From assembly GCA_951406725.2 (NCBI GenBank), contig OX597837.1, forward strand, positions 16,306,001 through 16,370,000: DNA of 64,000 nt. Direction: 5' to 3'. The stretch's first letter is position 1. Every line of letters starts with the position of its first letter. A model generated the notes under the pieces. It was not told where the DNA came from and made no database searches. It worked only from the letters and a program-made list of their open reading frames with translations. The DNA comes from Octopus vulgaris (lineage: Eukaryota). Both the position numbers and the translations under genes were made by a program. Shown here piece after piece: positions 62,325 through 64,000 of this stretch.

Positions 62325-64000
62325 GTAAGTACTTCACATTACCTTCTTCATCTCTCTCTCTCTCTCAGTCTCACACACACACACACACAGTGTCTCTCCT
62401 TTTCTCCCTGCTCTTTATTTCTCTCTCCCCTCTCTTCTCTTTTTCTCTCTCCTTTCTCTCTATTTCTCCTCTGTCCTCCTATCTCTCGAAGCATTTTCCT
62501 GGCTCTCCCTCTTCCAGGGGTTCCTTTCACTGTAAACAATTAGCACATCTTTCTACAGCTGCCCTTCCTCTAAATACATCACATATCCAAAATAACGTAC
62601 ACTGAATGTGTCTTTGTACTTAGTGTTAACCTTCACCTTGCTGGCACACATGTAGAGCAAGTTGCCATTCAGTCTCCCACACATGTGGTGAAGTACAGTT
62701 TACATGACAAAAGAAATTCATTTCACAAAATATACACAGATTGTAAGAGTTGGAAGCAGAGCCAAACACAGCCACTCTGATTCTTTCGTGTGCTGGTTGA
62801 GGTAGTTGTTACTACTGCAAAATATATTCAAATTCAGAAAACTTGCTCCACATGTGTGTGTAGGTTTAGTGGTTAGGATGTCAAACTCGTGATCTTGTGG
62901 TTGTGGTTTCAATTCCCAGACTGGTGGCACATGGTGTACTTCAGCAAAACACTTTGTATCACTTTACCCCAGTCCACTCAACTGCACGTGGGTCACCCTG
63001 TGATAGACAAGCATTCTGTTCCGGGGAACATCAGCTGACCTCACTGGCCAGTGGCATGGCATCATTTGAAAGCTGCAACAATGCAAGGAAGCACATTGTG
63101 ACCAGCAGTGTGTAACAAAATCTGATAGTCTGGTCGGATATAGTGATACATGGCAGCAAGGTGAAAATTAGTTATAAGAAAAGGGAAAAATTAATGCTCC
63201 TTGTCTTGGGTATGAAGGAGGCAGCTTGAGTATAAAGCTGTGTCAGCTGCTTATAGAGGAAGAAACCTGTAGAAGAGGGAGACCCATGGAAATGTGGGCT
63301 GAAGTAGTGAAGCTTATATTCAGGATGACCACATAAATAGTATAGTTAGCACTACGAAATACATAGAAAATACATGACCCTAGTATTTAAGCAATTGGGC
63401 TTGCAATCATAAGATTGTAGGTTTGATTCCTGCACAATGTATCCTTGGTCAAGGTACTTCATTTTTCCTTGCTACCATCCAGCAGAAATGAGTATTAAGA
63501 TAGTGTGCTTGGTTATCTAGTGCAGCATTGTTAACAAACATGGTACAACCAAATGCCCTCTGCCACACCTCACATGGGGTATGTCCAGCAGTGAACTGCT
63601 CTATCTCTTCTTCACCCCTTTTTAGCTACAAAATACATTCTTACTGATTATTTATTGAATGAGACAGTTGTGGAGGCTCACATACAGCACTTCAAGTTTC
63701 AGTATCAAGGATTTGCTGATTGCTGCACTTCTTCAGCTGTTGTAAGTCCAATGCCTGTAGCATCATCAATTACAAACACACACATGTAAAAATGGTTTTC
63801 ACCCTTTAGATTTCGGTCCTGCTGAATTGCTACTTTCAAGTATTGATTCCAGGATTTATTTTTAAAAATATGATACTTATTTTATCATTTTCTATTTGTT
63901 GGACTGCCAAATTATGGCATTCTGGTTGTTTTAGCAATGTAAACATAGTTGCACACAGCCATGCATTCATGATAGGCTTCCATACAGTTTCACTTACAGG

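Noticed and set aside
62087-62605. 172-aa hydrophobic ORF
   Set aside because: Alternative frame over the real ArfGAP exon plus CT/CA-rich intron sequence.

Overview
Eukaryotic, AT-rich, repeat-dense genomic DNA. The SINE, RTE and microsatellite repertoire looks like an octopod cephalopod (Octopus), which is an inference from repeat families. The whole window lies inside one + strand gene, an ArfGAP2/3 (Glo3-type) ortholog. The last 20 nt of the first coding exon are at 1-20 (..SIPCNK|GT), followed by eight phase-consistent GT-AG coding exons between 31315 and 62324; the Glo3-motif C-terminus lies beyond the window. The 31.3-kb and 18.8-kb introns are packed with transposon relics: a decayed Gypsy LTR element with a nested hAT MITE, two Helitrons, a Tc1 fragment, a mariner-type foldback, a Penelope relic, RTE and R4 LINE pieces and dozens of SINEs. 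Best leads: (1) the Gypsy element has no tRNA primer-binding site but has a 13-nt site complementary to its own LTR (Tf1-like self-priming) directly abutting the gag ATG; (2) its LTRs look partly homogenised by gene conversion; (3) a palindromic element carries a minimal hammerhead-ribozyme core; (4) several long intronic fold-backs could form dsRNA (ADAR substrates). All calls are by eye, without database searches.
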